This document shows positions 24,950 through 39,066 of a stretch of 64,000 nt of DNA, piece by piece. The translations under genes were made by a program, and so were the position numbers. Within the stretch, counting starts at the first letter, position 1, and each line of letters opens with the position of its first letter. Source of the DNA: Strigamia acuminata (taxonomy: Eukaryota); the NCBI GenBank assembly GCA_949358305.1, contig OX442314.1, positions 5,394,001-5,458,000 of the forward strand, written 5' to 3'. The notes beneath the pieces are model-generated. The model did not search any database and was not told where the DNA came from. It saw nothing but the letters and a program-made list of their open reading frames with translations.

Positions 24950-25782
24950 CAAAGTTGTCCAGAGGGGGTATTGATATGTAAAGTTTAGGGACAAGTGTTG
25001 TCACAGTCAGTTCCGATTTACGATGGAGAGATTACCTCGTGCGTTTCCGAATTAGCGCGATTGTTACGCGATTAGTATTTCATTGTATCATGTCCCGGAA
25101 TTGTAAATCAGTTGCTATTGTTTTTATAAATTGCGTGTGTATGTACCACAACTGATTTCCCTCCATATAATGACTTATTTAATCGTCGTCTGCTCAAATG
25201 AGCATTGTGTATTATAGGAATTTGTTCTGTTCTAAGTTGTGTTTATATTTTAATAGTGTACAGGACAAATCAACCAAATGAAGTATTGATTTGTTCTCCC
25301 TATAGTTTGTGAGGTCAAATAACCTCAAACCACATGTTATGTTTTTCCACTGCAATAAAGATGGCGGCACAATTTGTGCTTGTAATGCAAAAGACTAAAA
25401 TCAGGATTGGACTCACTTTATTGATTTAATGGCCTACATGCCTAGCATACCTGCAGTTAATGCTTCTAAATAAATTGTTTTGTACACAAACATTTTTACA
25501 CATCAAATATGTCGTTTTGTTGTCTTCACATGGATTGCGCTTTGTATTTCTTTGTACAGTCTATTTTATAAAATCAAGTTCATTATAAACAGGATGTATG
25601 AATTTTTTTGTATATATTGTTTAATTTATTACTAAAAATTCTCGTAGTATAATATTATTTGTCCATCCATAGATTAACGCCCCTGGTTCCAGGATGTTAA
25701 CTTTCTCTGCTAGATTATTTAGGAATAACTGAATAATATAAAATAATTAAAAAATTGGATCACTTCCTGTAACTAACAAGTA

Positions 25783-26123
25783 CCGTATATCTTCCAATAG
25801 CGCCCCCGTGCGCTATTTGCAAAAAAAAAATTACTCTGCGCGCTAATTGAGGCCCGCGCGTTAATCGAGGGGGCGGGTTATTTACACGTTCAAAAAACCC
25901 AGCATTGGCCAGTTGGCCGATGCTGAGAAAAACAGCAAAAAAGGGTGACAAATGAAACGTTTTCATACGTTTCGGTACTTTTCTGCTGAAACGTATGCAA
26001 AACGTTTCGCCCCCGCGCGTTGTTTGGGGTCCGCGCGCTATTTACACCGCCAATTTTTTTCCCAGCGCGTTAATCGAGGTCTGCGGGCAAATAGAGACCC
26101 TTAGTCAAATGGAAGATATACGG
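25783..26123. mobile_element. Tc1/mariner (pogo-like) MITE
   Basis: TIR ccgtatatcttcca/tggaagatatacgg, TA TSD; empty site in the paralog at ~36319. Confidence 0.85.
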
Positions 26124-26592
26124 TAATTTCAGACAAATCAGTCACAATTCATTTGAGTACACCTATTGTACCGGTTGCAGGTGGCCCAAATATAACTGGC
26201 CCGACAATAGTAACCCTCCTCATACATGTCCGGCTGGTTGATTTTATATGGGCCAGCCGGTATTTGATCTGCGATTCTATGTGCAAAATAAAAATTTAAC
26301 AATGCGGCTTCAGGACCTTACATCACACACCCGTCTCGGTTCAGACCCAGCGCTCTTCTGTCTCTGCCTCTTCCTCCTACTCCTTACACCACTCAGTTTT
26401 CACCTTCCCTGTACTGGGTCATACCACTCCGTGAGGAGGAATGACCTTAGGGCCATTGGGCGGCGTGTAGCAGTGACGCTGGTCACCCTTGGGTGGCCAA
26501 GCAGTCACAGTGCTAACCCCATTACTGATCAATTTAAATCCTGATTTACAGGAATCAAGTACTTTGGATTCTAGGCTGTTGAGGATAAGGTA

Positions 26593-27913
26593 CAGTGTTG
26601 TATCGAACTAGAACTAATAGTTCGCGTTCGCGAACTTAGTTCGTAGTTCGCGAACTTATAACGCGAACTAGTTCGCTTTTTTGAAGAACGAAAAAAACGA
26701 ACGAAGTTCGTTTTTTTGACGCGAACTACGTTCTAGTTCGTTAATTAGTGCGTTCACCGGACGTTTCATGTCATAACCAATCATGGCGAATTACTGTAGT
26801 ATTAAAGGATTGTAATTTGTCATTCGTTTCATAATCATGCGGAGTATGCGCGCAGAGATAAGACATAAAAAAGATTTTTTATGTCTTATCTCTGCGCGCA
26901 TACTCCGATGCGTCTCAAGGTACAAACGAGCGAATAAGTAGCGATACGATGACGAAATGTTTAATAGTGTTTCTGGCGCTTCCAAATGACGACTTGAAAA
27001 GAATTTGACAGTTGTAGAATCGTCGTGTGAGCACACTGGAGAAGTTATTGGTCTATTGCGAAAACACGCGATCAACGAGACTGACATTTCAAGTTTCCTT
27101 TTGTTGACAACTGAGGAGTTGTGTAAATACAAGCCCCACACACACGCGCGCGCGTCCAGTGGGTAATTCTTGCGAATGAGTGTGGTGAAGTGTTGAGGTC
27201 AGGAATGTTCAAAGAGCTTTAGAGCATTGGCACGTTTTCCTCATCAGTGGTTTTGCCTGAGACGTTTTACACAGAATAAATTGGTGACAGGCGACAAACT
27301 TTGCTTGTTGCTACAAGTTGATTAAACCGAAACACTCGTGCGAACTCCTTTCGTTTCCCATCAGTGTTTTAATCTTCTTTCTGCTGGTGTGGGAGATTTT
27401 ATCATACAAATGCACTGCTTGCGACACTCGTTTGTTGTTGATTTACGCTTGATTATACCTTTGTTTGCGATGTTTCCGTTTTTTTCTTTTTTTTTTGTCT
27501 TAATCGGAGTGATTTTGAAGAGCAAATTGCGTTTGTAATTTTGCAGAAAGCGCTCTGCTTCGCTTTGTAATTGGCATGGGTTCAAAACTGCATGTGAAAT
27601 CAGATCCAATAAATAAATAAATCAACGGCTTAGATTGGAAGACTTTGCGAGTTCATAAAGTCGACTTGGAATTTTGTTTATAACTCGAGATTTAATTTAG
27701 TAACTTGAGATTGAGGACGAAAAACAAAATTTGAATTTAAAAAAAATGTTGGTAATGTAAACTGAACTAGAACTGAACTAGAACTGAACTAGAACTTAGT
27801 TCACTTTGAGATTTTTGGGGTGAACGGGAACTAGAACTAGTTCAGAAAATTGAAAACAGTGATGAACGAGAACTAGAACTAGTTCGCGATTTAGTGAACG
27901 AGATACAACACTG
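26593..27913. mobile_element. hAT-like non-autonomous element
   Basis: TIR cagtgttgtatc/gatacaacactg with gaactag/gttcg subterminal repeats; no matching TSD (flanks rearranged). Confidence 0.7.
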
Positions 27914-29322
27914 TGTCGGGGGAAATCCAATTATGACATCCAACTTGACATCAGAGGTCATCTTCAAGGTTATCCATATTGTAACTCGAGAAACGTGATA
28001 GATAGAGAGAAAAGGTGAATTAGAAAGTTATGGAGAACCATCTAATTACTTTAGAACTGTTCTTAAAAAAATTATTTCTTTCCGCAAAGTTTTGAGAAAA
28101 AAAGGTGTTAAATGTTAGTCTACTCAGCTTTGTAACCTAAAACTATCATGTTGGAATGTATTTCCAAAATAAATTATTTCCTTTTTTTGTGTTTCCTCTC
28201 TTCCACTTACAAGTATGACCCAATAAAGTGTTCTAATTGAGGATTAGCTTGATTGCCTCAATAGTTTTAGGTTACTAAGCTGAGCAGACTAACATTTCAA
28301 ACCTTTTTTTCTCAAAACTTTTCGGGAAGAAATAATTTTTTTAAGAACAGTTCTAGGCTAATTAGATGGTGCTCTACAACTTTCTAATTCACTTTTTCTC
28401 TCTATCTGTCACGGTTCTCGAGTTACAATATGGATGACCTTGAAGATGACCTCTGAGGTCAAGTTGGATCATGTCATAATTGAATTTCCCCCGACGTACT
28501 ACCTTTACAATCATTTTGCTAAATCAACATCTAAAACGGTTTGGAAATTATTTACTGTGAACCAGACTTTCTGCACCACCCTGTATAACCATGACTAAAA
28601 TATTTGTTTAAATTATTTGATATTAACAGTATTTTCGTGGATATAAAACAATGGTTAATGCATCAAAAAGCCTTATTCCCCTTCCTTTTGGACATTGTAC
28701 ACAAATCAATACAGGTATACGTACGTAAACACGAGTAAATACACATACACACTTGGATTCAATCTCTTTACAAGCTTAGTTCTACTAGCCAATATAATCT
28801 TCTACTCTCACAGCTATGGTGGCCCAGAAGGGCCATCGTAATTTGTTCAAAAATAGAAAAATTTACACGTGGCCCAGGAGGGCCATCGGCCCAGGAGGGC
28901 CAAAAAACCAAAAAATTTCAAAAATGAAAAAATTTCAAAATTCTTGAAAAGCCGTGGCCCAGGAGGGCCATCGACCCAGAAGGGCCACCCAATTTTTTTT
29001 TAATTTTTGATAAAATATCCACGTGGCCCAGGAGGGCCATCGGACCAGGAGGGCCATCAGACCAGAAGGGCCAAAAAAATGAAAAAAAATTGGCCCTCCT
29101 GGGCCGATGGCCCTCCTGGGCCACGTGTAAATTTTTCTATTTATTGGAAAAAAATCCACGTGGCTCAGGAGGGCCATCGGACCAGAAGGGCCAAAGTCCC
29201 ATTTTGATTCATTTTGACAATAAAGCTATAAATAAATAAACAATATCCATATAATAAATAATAAATAATAAATAAATAAATAAATAAATAAATAATACAT
29301 TCCAAACCACCTCAACATGATC
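27914..29322. repeat. Inverted duplication of 30111-31532
   Basis: Near-perfect reverse complement, including part of a Tc1 MITE, a host exon and the right end of the CAC-ended element. Confidence 0.9.
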
Positions 29323-30637
29323 CACAGCTATGGTGGCCCAGAAAGGCCATCGTAATTTGTTCAAAAATAGAAAAATTTACACGTGGCCCAGGAGGGCCAT
29401 CGGCCCAGGAGGGCCATCGGCCCAGGAGGGCCAAAAAAACGAAAAATTTGAAAAATGAAAAAATTTCAAAATTCTTGAAAAGCCGTGGCCCAGGAGGGCC
29501 ATTGACCCAGAAGGGCCATTGACCCAGAAGGGCCACCCAATTTTTTTTTAATTTTTGATAAAATATCCACGTGGCCCAGGAGGGCCATCGGACCAGGAGG
29601 GCCAAAGTCCCATTTTGATTCATTTTGACGTCCCGTGAATTCCGTGAACGGGTCGGGTAACCCCGGTTTCGCGTTTGGCGGGGTCCACGAGTACTTTGCG
29701 CAGCTGCAATATCAACATTCGCCCGATTCGGTTGTGGATGCGGGCAACAGTCGCCCGATTCGAGCGACGGGGTTTCGGGCTCGGAGTTGCCGGCGTGTGC
29801 GGATCATCATCGAGTGTTGGCGGGGAGTCAGGATTGCGGCTCGGGGCTCGTGCAACACGGATTGAGGCCGCAGATGGTGCGTGGTCCGTATAATTGGATG
29901 AAAAAAGCGTCGTATATGACACAATTGAGATTTTCAGCCGTTTGAAATGCATTTTAAAACGTACATAGTCATCTTTTTCTTGGGTTTTTATGTTTTAGAC
30001 GTTTTATTTGATGTTTTAAATGTTTTAAGCCATTTTTCATACTCTATTTTTACATTTTTTGAATGATTTAGCCATTTTGGTGGTGTTTTTATGTTTGTGG
30101 GAAGTTTTTGGATCATGTTGAGGTGGTTTGGAATTTATTATTTATTTATTTATTTATTTATTATTTATTATTTATTATATGGATATTGTTTATTTATTTA
30201 TAGCTTTATTGTCAAAATGAATCAAAATGGGACTTTGGCCCTTCTGGTCCGATGGCCCTCCTGAGCCACGTGGATTTTTTTCCAATAATTAGAAAAATTT
30301 ACACGTGGCCCAGGAGGGCCATCGGCCCAGGAGGGCCAATTTTTTTTCATTTTTTTGGCCCTTCTGGTCTGATGGCCCTCCTGGTCCGATGGCCCTCCTG
30401 GGCCACGTGGATATTTTATCAAAAATTAAAAAAAAATTGGGTGGCCCTTCTGGGTCGATGGCCCTCCTGGGCCACGGCTTTTCAAGAATTTTGAAATTTT
30501 TTCATTTTTGAAATTTTTTGGTTTTTTGGCCCTCCTGGGCCGATGGCCCTCCTGGGCCGATGGCCCTCCTGGGCCACGTGTAAATTTTTCTATTTTTGAA
30601 CAAATTACGATGGCCCTTCTGGGCCACCATAGCTGTG
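29323..30637. mobile_element. CAC-terminated non-autonomous DNA transposon (Transib/Chapaev-like ends)
   Basis: TIR cacagctatggtggcccag/ctgggccaccatagctgtg with many ggcccaggagggccatc subterminal repeats; a third terminus at 28809 arises from the duplication. Confidence 0.75.
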
Positions 30638-30862
30638 AGAGTAGAAGATTATATTGGCTAGTAGAACTAAGCTTGTAAAGAGATTGAATCCAAGTGTGTA
30701 TGTGTATTTACTCGTGTTTACGTACGTATACCTGTATTGATTTGTGTACAATGTCCAAAAGGAAGGGGAATAAGGCTTTTTGATGCATTAACCATTGTTT
30801 TATATCCACGAAAATACTGTTAATATCAAATAATTTAAACAAATATTTTAGTCATGGTTATA

Positions 30863-31619
30863 CAGGGTGGTGCAGAAAGTCTGGTTCACAGTAAATAATT
30901 TCCAAACCGTTTTAGATGTTGATTTAGCAAAATGATTGTAAAGGTAGTACGTCGGGGGAAATTCAATTATGACATGATCCAACTTGACCTCAGAGGTCAT
31001 CTTCAAGGTCATCCATATTGTAACTCGAGAACCGTGACAGATAGAGAGAAAAAGTGAATTAGAAAGTTGTAGAGCACCATCTAATTAGCCTAGAACTGTT
31101 CTTAAAAAAATTATTTCTTCCCGAAAAGTTTTGAGAAAAAAAGGTTTGAAATGTTAGTCTGCTCAGCTTAGTAACCTAAAACTATTGAGGCAATCAAGCT
31201 AATCCTCAATTAGAACACGTTATTGGGTCATACTTGTAAGTGGAAGAGAGGAAACACAAAAAAAGGAAATAATTTATTTTGGAAATACATTCCAACATGA
31301 TAGTTTTAGGTTACAAAGCTGAGTAGACTAACATTTAACACCTTTTTTTCCCAAAACTTTGCGGAAAGAAATAATTTTTTTAAGAACAGTTCTAAAGTAA
31401 TTAGATGGTTCTCCATAACTTTCTAATTCACCTTTTCTCTCTATCTATCACGTTTCTCGAGTTACAATATGGATAACCTTGAAGATGACCTCTGATGTCA
31501 AGTTGGATGTCATAATTGGATTTCCCCCGACATACTACCCTTACAATCATTTTGCTAAATCAACATCTAAAGCGGTATGGAAATTATTTACTGTGAACCA
31601 GACTTTCTGCACCACCCTG
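30863..31619. mobile_element. Tc1/mariner palindromic MITE in an intron
   Basis: TIR cagggtggtgcagaaagtctgg, TA TSD; empty site in copy 3 at ~44882. Confidence 0.9.
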
Positions 31620-33747
31620 TATTTAGAAACATACCGTGTCAGTTACTTCATTATTAAGATTGATTGCTTCGTGGACGTTGAGTATGTTCCATATTTCTTG
31701 CAATGACAATTCGTTGGTGAACAATTGCCAGGGTGATATGTTATTACAGGTCTTGTTAGTTTGATTCATTAAGTTCAATTTGGCTTTGTCGATTTCATCA
31801 TCTTGTGTTTCACCACAGACCGTGACAGACGGATATTGGGTAAAGCGTCGTGGAACTAGGCTCACTGTTTTTGTTATCGGTTCTTCAATGTAGTAGTTCA
31901 AACGAATTTGCAAGCAATACAGAGTGAATCCCGAGCAAATTATAATCAGAATTGTCTTAAGATCAATTGAAATTACATTTCTTTTAATTACATTTCTTTT
32001 AATTGGCTCCTGACTCCGAGTTATTTTCTTTGTGCATTTGTCATAAACTCGGTGAAACTGATTAACCGTTCTTTTTTTCAAAATGTTTGATAGATACCAA
32101 GTGATTTCAGGCAACGAGATTAAAGATAGACCTAGAAATAGGCCCAGATTTCCTCCTAAATCTGATAATAAAGCAATAATATCATATGTGTACCGTTCTT
32201 CATACACGTTGATTTTATTATTAGTTATTTCTACCGATGCGGATATTGTGTTTTTATCATCTGCTATGCCCGCATCAGTATATGTTATAAATATTAACTG
32301 TTCACACGGACGTCGACATAGACAATCAGCAGTTGGATCGGTGGTTTCAATTAAATGATTTGCAATACCATACAGCTCATGGGTGGTACTAGAACATTCG
32401 CAGAGTGGTAAATCTGTCTTAGTAAAGGGTAATCTGGCAAAGAATATGTTTTATTACTTTTTATTTTTATTTTAGTTGTATTTGTATATTATGCATCTTA
32501 CCTGCACAACACACGTTTTTTTAATTTTTTAAGCAAGCATCCACGATAACATTCTTTGTATTCGTTTTCACTGGAGCATGAACTCATGGATGAATTGAGA
32601 AATATGAACTGAAATGTAATAAGTAATAAAATAATTAGTTGCTAATTTTCACTTACAGTAAGATTTAAAAATTTACTTTGTTAAAACTCAAATTAATTTT
32701 TAATGCTTCACCAAGGTTTTGTGTTGTTACGTACTGGTTTTTTCCGAAATCGTAGAATGACATGTAAAACTACGTGGGTGAAAATAGGAATGAATAAGAA
32801 AAATTTCATTTTCTGATATATTGCAAATAATTTAGTACGATTACTTGGTAAGGAGCTGTAGGACATACGTAGTCATAAGTTTTTTCAATAGTTGCTGTAA
32901 ATAATTCTTGATGAAATGATTTACTATAAGCTACAGTTATACCAATAAATGAAATTTGTATTATCAATGAGAGGGATGTTTTTTGTTTATAGTTACAGAA
33001 TTGAAATGTTGAGCACATTCCATATGATGTGTCAGTTTCCGTGAGAACAAGTGTTTTGTTTGACAATCCCTGAACATGTTAAATTTTGATTTCTTATTTA
33101 AAAAATAATTTCTACTACATTTACCTTGATTTTAATGCTGACTATCTCTTTGCTCAAATTGGTTGCTCTCCAAAGTTCTTCCATATCATAATTTGGAATT
33201 GCCATCAGACTTTTGACCATGTTTATACATTCATTTGGGATTGAACTTAAATCAATTGGTTCAGTAGTTTTGAGGTTTTCATAAGTTTTATTCCAAAGCC
33301 TGGCCATTTCTTTTGTGTTGCCACTGCAGATCATCAAATTTGGTAGCTCAATATCTTCCGATTTGGTGGTTACGTCAACAGTCGTAGGATAACTTAAGTA
33401 ATGCATTATTCTGTCGTACGTCTGGTAAGTGAGCATGCATGTGCAAAACAGGAGCAAAAACAGCCAAGCTGTGTGACGTCTTCTCCAATGATTTCTACTG
33501 TGTACGAAACCATCCAGACCTATTAAACCGCAGTTTGGTTTGTTGGCATCTTCTTTCATCATAAGTTGAATTTCTGTACGTAGTTTGCTTAATCTTTGCA
33601 TGTTTCTTCTCATCAAGTAATTTTTTTGCATTACATATATTTCTTCCTTAAACCTGCAGCAAGACGAATCGTGGCAAACTGAAACTATGTTTGAGAAACA
33701 TAGTGATCAATGTGAACAGTGGTAACACCAGAAACTACACCTACCAT

Positions 33748-33975
33748 TCTGACATCAGTTTTGATAAGTTTGCCATCAGTTTTTAGACAAGCTTGTCCAC
33801 AGTTTTGACATAAATTTAGTTGGGCCATCAATTTTGACATTATTTAGTCATCAGTTTTGACATTGTTTATTCATCAGTTTTGATATTATTTAGCCATCAG
33901 TTTTGACAAAACTCACCATCAGTTTTGACAAACCTCACCATCAGTTTTGACAAAACTCACCATCAGTTTTGACAT
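33748..33975. repeat. Degenerate ~21-bp minisatellite (catcagttttgaca core)
   Basis: About 10 copies of catcagttttga. Confidence 0.8.
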
Positions 33976-34844
33976 TAGTTTCACATATATTCGTACATTG
34001 TTTATTTACCTATATCTTTTGTTTACTTAAAAAAATTCTCGGAAGGCAATATATTATCGACATCTGAAGTAAACATACACCAGAATCCAAACAGTCCCGA
34101 GGTAGACGCTAATGGCCGTAAAATCTCCCTCGAGATGTGGTCTCAGAAACCTTCAAGATCATTTAGGACCACCAAACCATCAATGGCAATCAATTCCTTG
34201 GCACAAAATACACCCAACAAGCAGGTTAGATTAATTTTACAACTGTTTAAATCATTTTTACAACGTCCGCTGGGCGATATAAAATTGGCAACCGCGCGGC
34301 AGAAACGACTCGACGACCGTTTACCTGCGTTAGCTGATTTAGATGTCCTGTCCTTCCCAGAAAAAAAATGCGTTTTTAGTTTTTTATTAATGATAAAGAA
34401 CGGATGCTGACACCACAATGAAACAACACGAAAACGTGATTTATTATTGCTTAAACTTACAATTACATCGTACAATGAATGAAATAATTTACGGAAGTCT
34501 AAACGATACATGAATTTCTACTTTTTCTATTATTTGTGCCTTTGCTGTAGAGTTTAGATTGTGACATCTCACAATGGAGGTTCAAAAGGCATTTGACTCG
34601 TCACTAAATAGTTTTTACAACAACACAAATCGAAATATAATGGCAACTGGAACAATTTGGAAAAATAGTCTGAAATTGTGTAATTGAGAAATTGTGATTT
34701 GAAAATTGTAAAGTTAACGACGATTTACCAAACAGATTTTGAAAGTGTTTAGAATGCAAATGTCGAACGATAATAATGACATGCATTCACAACGTTAATC
34801 CTAGAATGCTGCTGCCGATATCGCTTAACAATTGAGATATTGGA

Positions 34845-34981
34845 CAGTGCTGGACTGGCCCGGCGGGCTGCCGGGAAGTTTCCGGTGGCGCGTGGTGGGC
34901 CCACTGTGGCCCGTCCCTGGTTCACCATAGCCTGATCCATATAGATTTCCCGATACTAAATTTTTACCCAGTCCAGCCCTG
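34845..34981. mobile_element. hAT-type MITE (counterpart of 6187-6315)
   Basis: TIR cagtgctggactgg/ccagtccagccctg, TSD atattgga. Confidence 0.8.
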
Positions 34982-35689
34982 ATATTGGATATTTTTGTTC
35001 TTTTCAATAGCCTCGGTGAAACTATCAGCTAATCGAACGTTTATCAACGTGATAAAAGGCATTTGACTTATCACAAAAGATTTTTTGTGATGATTTGCAA
35101 ATTCGATTATTGACAGCAGGATGAATGAAGAAAATGAGTTGTGTGGTGTTTTAAATAATCCCACAAATTACACACGATTACTCAAGCAGGCTCTGAACCA
35201 ATTAAAAGCGTTTAGAATGCAAATGTAGAAAGATAGTATTGACATTCCCAAACCTAATCCTAGAATGCTGCCGATATCGCTTAAGAATTGAGATATTGGA
35301 TATTTTTGTTTCTCTTCTATGGTCTCGGTGAAACTATCAACTAATTGAAAGCTCGCAAACGTGTAAAAATTGATTGGTAACTTATTCCCATGCAAAATAG
35401 TTTGGTATAACTTATTTTCGCAAGGTCTTTTACATTTGCACTGTTTTTGATTCGAGGCGTAGTTATTGAAGTACATTAGATGAGTGGTAGTAACATCTTT
35501 TGTAGTGTTGCAATCTGGTAAATTTGATGCTGTCATATAAGGTAATCTGAAAATCGTTATAACAAGTAATTAAGAAATAGATGGCAATAAAATGTGGCAA
35601 TAAATAGATGTTAGGATATAAACATTCATGCCAATTCACTAAATCAACACTGAGATGTGAATAAAATAAAATGTGTCAATTGCCTACTA

Positions 35690-35958
35690 CAGCGGTCGGC
35701 AACTGGCGGCCCGCGGTCCGGATCCGGACCGCGGAGGGTCGAAACTTGGACAGCCAGATATTTTTTATTATATATTTTTGTGGTATTTTTGGTGTTTTTT
35801 GGTGTTTTTTGGGTTTTTTTGGGTTTTTTTTGTTTTTTTTGGGTGTTTTTGATGTTTTTTTTTGTGTTTTTTTTGTTTTATTTTGTTGTCTTTTTCTGGA
35901 CCTCAATAAAAAGTTTCAATTTTTCCGGATTCCACTTAAAATTACTTGCCGACCCCTG
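35690..35958. mobile_element. hAT (Charlie/Buster-like) MITE
   Basis: TIR cagcggtcggcaa/ttgccgacccctg; 8-bp TSD gcctacta. Confidence 0.88.
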
Positions 35959-38900
35959 GCCTACTATACCTGCAGTTAATGCTTCTAAATAAATTGTTTT
36001 GTACACAAGCATTTTTACACATCAAATATGTAGTTTGGTTATCTTCACATGGATTGCGCTTTGTATTTCTTTGTACAGTCTATTTGATAAAATTAAGTTC
36101 AGTATAAACATGATGTACCATATCGTATTTTTTGTATATATTTTTCAATTTGTTACCATAAATTCTCGAAGTTTAGCAGAATTTAACCATCCATAGGTTA
36201 ACGCCAATGGTTCCAGGATGTTAACTTCCTCTGCTTGATTATTTAGGAATAACTGAATAATATAAGATAATTAAATATTATGTGGATGCATATTGGATCA
36301 CTTCCTGTAACTGACAAGTAATTTCAGACAAATCAGTCACTTGAGTATATCATTCATTTGAGTATATCTATTCTACCGGTTGCAGGTGGTCCAAATAAAA
36401 CCGGCCCGACAATAGTAACCCTTCTCGTACTGTCTGGCTGGTTGATTTTATATGGGCCACCCAGTATTTGGTCTGCAATTCTATGTGCGAAATTAAAATT
36501 TAACAATGTGATTTCTTCTGGGCTGAATAAATGGTACAAGCTACTCTGGCACTCTGCTTACACAGTTTTGAGTTACAAACCTTTTCAAATGCCATATGGA
36601 GAAATGCTCATTGCTGGTTTACAGAAATGGTCAATTTATATCCTGATTTATTACAAGAATCCAGTTGTTTAGATTCTAGTCTGCTGAGGGTAAGGTATTT
36701 TATCTGTCCAACGATTGTAGCTTACCTTCATATCATGGTAACATACGTCTGAAGGTTGTAGCAATTCAAATGTAAAGGTAAAGTCAGCTATTAGGTTGTG
36801 TGTTTTTTCTGGAAAACATTGGAAAGATCACAGTCAATTTTCAGAAACTTCAGCTGATCTAGAGTGCAATTTTAATTATAGTCAAGTAACTGCTGTAGTT
36901 GTAAGAAAAGTTGAAGGCATAATACCAAAGGGATACGACACATACCCTCCATCATGTAGGGTTGAAATCATTTAGTGTGAATGTGCTGTAACTACCTGGT
37001 GGCCCACATAAAACCGGCCCGACAATACAAGGAGGGTCACTGTAAAAACTGTCGTTTAAAAGTGACGCCATGTTTGGTCACCAGGGGTCACTTCTGTGGC
37101 TCCCTTTTGTAAAACGGGTCATTCTATTTCTTTGTATAAAGGGGGGACAAGGCTATAAATTAGCATATCCTGTTTTGAATAAAATTTAGTATTCGATGTA
37201 AAACCACTGTGTACACATGCTTTATTGTCAATCTTCAACAATCAGTTTAAATCCGTTGCCATCCAACTTTTAAAGCGACTTCAAACTTCTCCAAATACAA
37301 TTCGTAGTTGCATCCGCAACATTTGGTGCCGAAACCCGGGAGATACTTTGGAAAAAACCAGGAAAAAGTTTGAAACAATGGCTGATTTGGAAAAGAATCG
37401 CAGACAACGAGATACGTCGAGAGCGAATATTCGCAACATTTTTAGCACGCTGAAGAATGAGTTAAAACAGGATCCAGTTAACGAGGTAAAACTGCAGTGT
37501 ATCCAAGCTCAATTAGACTCGAAATGGCCGAAAATCGAGAAATTAGACACTCTGATCGCCGACCAAATAACCGATATTGACGAGGTGGTCGAAGACACCA
37601 CAATGGCCGAAGAATTCCAGGACGAGCTGTTGGCTGCAAAAGTGACGCTCGAGATCGCGCTAAAGGAAATCGCATTGATGAAATTGCAAGTACCAAATCC
37701 GAACTTACCAATTAATAATCCTCTTTTACCACCACCCAACCCAAATCAACAATGCGCAAGTATGAAACTGCCCAAGCTGGAAGTGGTGAAGTTTCAAGGG
37801 ACGCCCGAAACATGGACGAGATTCTGGGCAAATTTTCAGCTCAGTGTGCACAACAACACTTCGCTTCCCAAAACGGCGAAATTCGTTTACTTACGGTCGA
37901 TGGTCGAGGGATTGGCGACCAACGCAATAAGTGGCTTGACGGTGACCGACGGAAATTACAACAGCGCGATCGATTTGCTGACCAATTGATTTGGTAAACC
38001 CGATTTAATTATCAACGCTCACATGCAGAAGTTTCTTGAAATGAAACCCGTAAAAGATGCGAATAACATTGTTGCTTTGCGTAAGCTGTACGATTTTTGT
38101 GATTTACATATAACCAGTTTGGAGAATTTAGGAGTAGATGCTTCGACATTTGGAGCGCTTTTGGGACCGATTTTGGCTCGTGCAACCCCTGACTCGATGC
38201 AACACGATTTTGCGAGGCCAAGAGGTGACACACCGTGGTCAATGAAGGAGTTCTTGAATTTTTTCAAGTTTGAAGTCACGATGTGCGAGAGAACCAAGGC
38301 GACCAACGAAAAGAGCGATACGAACGAAAAGAAGGACGCACCAGCTGTCAAGAAACAAGAAGAGGTATACAAGAAGTTCACAAATAAATCTAATCCGAAT
38401 GGTTCCACTTCAACATTGTCGGCGATCGTCTACAAATGCACTTTTTTCAACAAGACTGAGCATTCAAGTCCTGATTGCCTGCTTACCATCGAGGAACGAA
38501 AAGAAGCTTGCAAGAAAGCGAGGAGGTGCTATCGATGCCTCAAAGAAAACCACATCTCGCAGAATGTGCAAATCAAAATTTAAATGCAAGAAGTGTGAAC
38601 GCAACCATCACACGTACATATGCGATACGGAGGTCGTGAAGGAGCCGGAAATCACCAAAACATCAGCTGTTGCCAACCAGGAGGTTCAAGAGTCAACTTT
38701 AATGTTACAGATCCTCGTAGTAGAAGCTTGTGGGGCAACGAAAAAAACGAAAAGTGCAGTGTTTTCTTGACGGCGGGTCGCAGAAGAGTTTTATCACCGA
38801 ACGATTGTCGCAAGAATTGGGTTTGGAGTCGATTGAAGAACAAAACATTGCATTATTAACATTTGGAGAGACTGAGCCTACAATTACAACTCGAAAGCGT

Positions 38901-39066
38901 GTGAAATTTACTCTTAACAATTGCAATAACTCTAATTACAGTTTAGAACTCGAAGCAATGGAATCACTGTGGATTGTGGAGTCGGTGAGGGGGAGAACTG
39001 ATCCGAGAATCATACGTGAACTGGAGAAACAAAAATTACCTTGGCCACCGATAAAAACGTTCAATT

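Larger units (their letters stand above)
7353..25438 (+). mobile_element. Ty1/Copia LTR retrotransposon with MBD-like domain, degenerate, with nested insertions
   Basis: 3' LTR 24972-25438 (TG..CA) after PPT agagggggta. 5' LTR 7353-8736 is 5'-truncated and split by a MITE. PBS tggtagcagag at 8739 (tRNA-iMet 3' end). Domain order gag, PR (WYVDTGA), IN (VHMDVWG..RTDRGGEF), RT (YVDD), RNase H. Confidence 0.92.
6679..33631 (-). pseudogene. DEG/ENaC two-module gene copy 2, fragmented by nested TEs
   Basis: Exons at ~33125-33631, 32846-33070, 32680-32770, 32502-32610, 31635-32432, ~30735-30817, ~25635-25730, ~25452-25560 (duplicated at ~7184-7292), 6679-7057. One exon (homolog of 3609-3691) is missing. 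Confidence 0.8.
34120..36130. repeat. Segmental duplicate of ~5490-7350 (gene 3' end plus downstream flank)
   Basis: Colinear high similarity, including the shared exon remnant and hAT MITE. Confidence 0.85.

Noticed and set aside
28918..30511. GPPGP-containing collagen-like ORFs
   Set aside because: Translations of subterminal transposon repeats.
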